Under the pieces are notes generated by a model. It worked only from the letters and a program-made list of their open reading frames with translations. It searched no databases and had not been told where the DNA came from. The position numbers were made by a program, and so were the translations under genes. This document shows positions 31,381-32,000 of a stretch of DNA of 32,000 bases, piece after piece. Each line of letters begins with the position of its first letter. The first letter of the stretch is position 1. The stretch lies in NCBI RefSeq assembly GCF_004296475.1, contig NZ_AP018162.1:90001-122000 (forward strand). Reading direction: 5' to 3'. The DNA is from Candidatus Saccharimonadota bacterium. Its GTDB lineage: Bacteria; Pseudomonadota; Gammaproteobacteria; Enterobacterales; Enterobacteriaceae.

Positions 31381-31472
31381 AATATAAGTGAATATAAATT
31401 AATTTTTACTATAATTAATAATATCTATATATATAAAATTAAACTATTAAAATAAAAAAATTTAATAATTTA
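31381..31472 (-). promoter_or_regulatory. Probable dnaK-dnaJ promoter region (largest noncoding spacer in the window; exact -35/-10 not assignable)
   Basis: A 106-nt noncoding gap lies between the ftsB stop and the dnaK start, whereas most spacers here are 45 nt or less. dnaK normally has its own heat-shock promoter. The sequence is nearly pure A/T, so TATAAT-like strings are uninformative. Confidence 0.35.
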
Positions 31473-31739
31473 TTAATTAACTAAATAAAATAATTCATCA
31501 TTTTTTATAAAATTTAATTCGTTTCTTGCATATTCTTCTATTATTTCATAGTCATTTATTAAACTATTTATATCTTTTATTAATTTAATATTTTTTTTAT
31601 ATATTATATTATTTTCTTTTCTAATATTATTTATTTCATTTTTCACTTTAATATAATTTACTAATCCAGAATTTCTAAATATAAATGAAAACTGTAAATA
31701 AATTATTATTAATAATATTAAAATATTAATTGATTTCAT
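31473..31739 (-). CDS. ftsB: Cell division protein FtsB (septum formation initiator family)
   Basis: 88 aa with one N-terminal TM helix plus a coiled coil. ILLIIIYLQFSFIFRNSGLVNYIKVKNEI...IIEEYARNELNFIKNDELFYLV parallels E. coli FtsB [29 protein letters not shown]...[23 protein letters not shown]. Confidence 0.8.
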   Translation of the reverse strand: MKSINILILLIIIYLQFSFIFRNSGLVNYIKVKNEINNIRKENNIIYKKNIKLIKDINSLINDYEIIEEYARNELNFIKNDELFYLVN

Positions 31740-31750
31740 TAAATAAGTAT

Positions 31751-32000
31751 TTATTTAAATAAGTTTAATAAACTATCATATAAAAATTTAAAAATATTAC
31801 TTTCTTTATCTATATTATTATATACCCATAATGGTAAAAATAAATTATTACATGAATAATTTTTTTCATCTAATATAAATTCACCATCTTTATCTATTTG
31901 TATATATTTTATATCATTAGGTTTATCAATAAATAATGGTTCTAAATCTATATTGTCTAAATATTTTTCATATAATATTAACGGACCAGAAGATCCAGTT
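31751..32000 (-). CDS. 3' end of an unidentified protein-coding gene (82 C-terminal codons visible; start lies beyond the window)
   Basis: Hand translation of the minus strand from 31999 gives an open frame: TGSSGPLILYEKYLDNIDLEPLFIDKPNDIKYIQIDKDGEFILDEKNYSCNNLFLPLWVYNNIDKESNIFKFLYDSLLNLFK. The TAA stop is at 31751..31753, 11 nt before ftsB. It shares strand and packing with its neighbours. I cannot recognise the family from this fragment. Confidence 0.45.
   Translation of the reverse strand, partial: TGSSGPLILYEKYLDNIDLEPLFIDKPNDIKYIQIDKDGEFILDEKNYSCNNLFLPLWVYNNIDKESNIFKFLYDSLLNLFK

Noticed and set aside
31440-31472. Possible intrinsic terminator after ftsB (AAATT-ATTA-AATTT hairpin followed by a T run)
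   Set aside because: It is a 5-bp all-A/T stem with negligible predicted stability. Such pseudo-hairpins plus T runs occur by chance throughout DNA of this composition.
1-32000. UGA-to-Trp recoding (genetic code 4), as in some other extremely AT-rich symbionts
   Set aside because: All long conserved genes are open under the standard code with Trp encoded as TGG. TGA codons terminate rplX, rpmC and rplD at their expected ends.
1-32000. Search for CRISPR arrays, transposases, integrases, phage genes, toxin-antitoxin or defence systems, or a large unexplained noncoding locus
   Set aside because: Every stretch over ~110 nt is accounted for by a conserved housekeeping gene or tRNA on the minus strand. 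I noticed no direct-repeat/spacer architecture, inverted terminal repeats or foreign-looking composition. This is core, not accessory, DNA.

Overview
The window is a very AT-rich stretch (roughly 15-20% G+C by eye, not computed). It is almost pure coding sequence, and every gene I can support lies on the minus strand. The content is core information-processing genes of a strongly genome-reduced gammaproteobacterial endosymbiont. Read 5'->3' on the minus strand the order is: an unidentified gene 3' end, ftsB, dnaK, dnaJ, recA, a truncated alaS, csrA, six tRNAs (Ser-Arg-Thr-Tyr-Gly-Thr), tuf, secE, nusG, rplKAJL, rpoB, rpoC, rpsL, rpsG, fusA, the complete S10 operon, the spc operon (without rpmD) including secY and rpmJ, and the start of rpsM. 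Four features missing from the ORF track were recovered by hand translation: csrA, rpmJ, the rpsM 5' end and the partial right-edge ORF. The six tRNAs were recovered by hand folding. UGA acts as a stop codon and long conserved genes read through under the standard code. Spacers are mostly 0-45 nt and several genes overlap. I see no mobile element, CRISPR array, defence, toxin or other accessory system, so I do not claim a novel system. The points worth a second look are reductive-evolution oddities: an AlaRS cut down to its catalytic half with no editing domain, csrA kept in a genome with almost no regulatory space, strong Shine-Dalgarno sites at only a few genes, lost regulatory leaders, long in-frame poly(A) tracts, degenerate CCA-less tRNAs and a miniaturised L24. 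Lineage cannot be assigned without a database search. Local synteny is gammaproteobacterial and partly E. coli-like.
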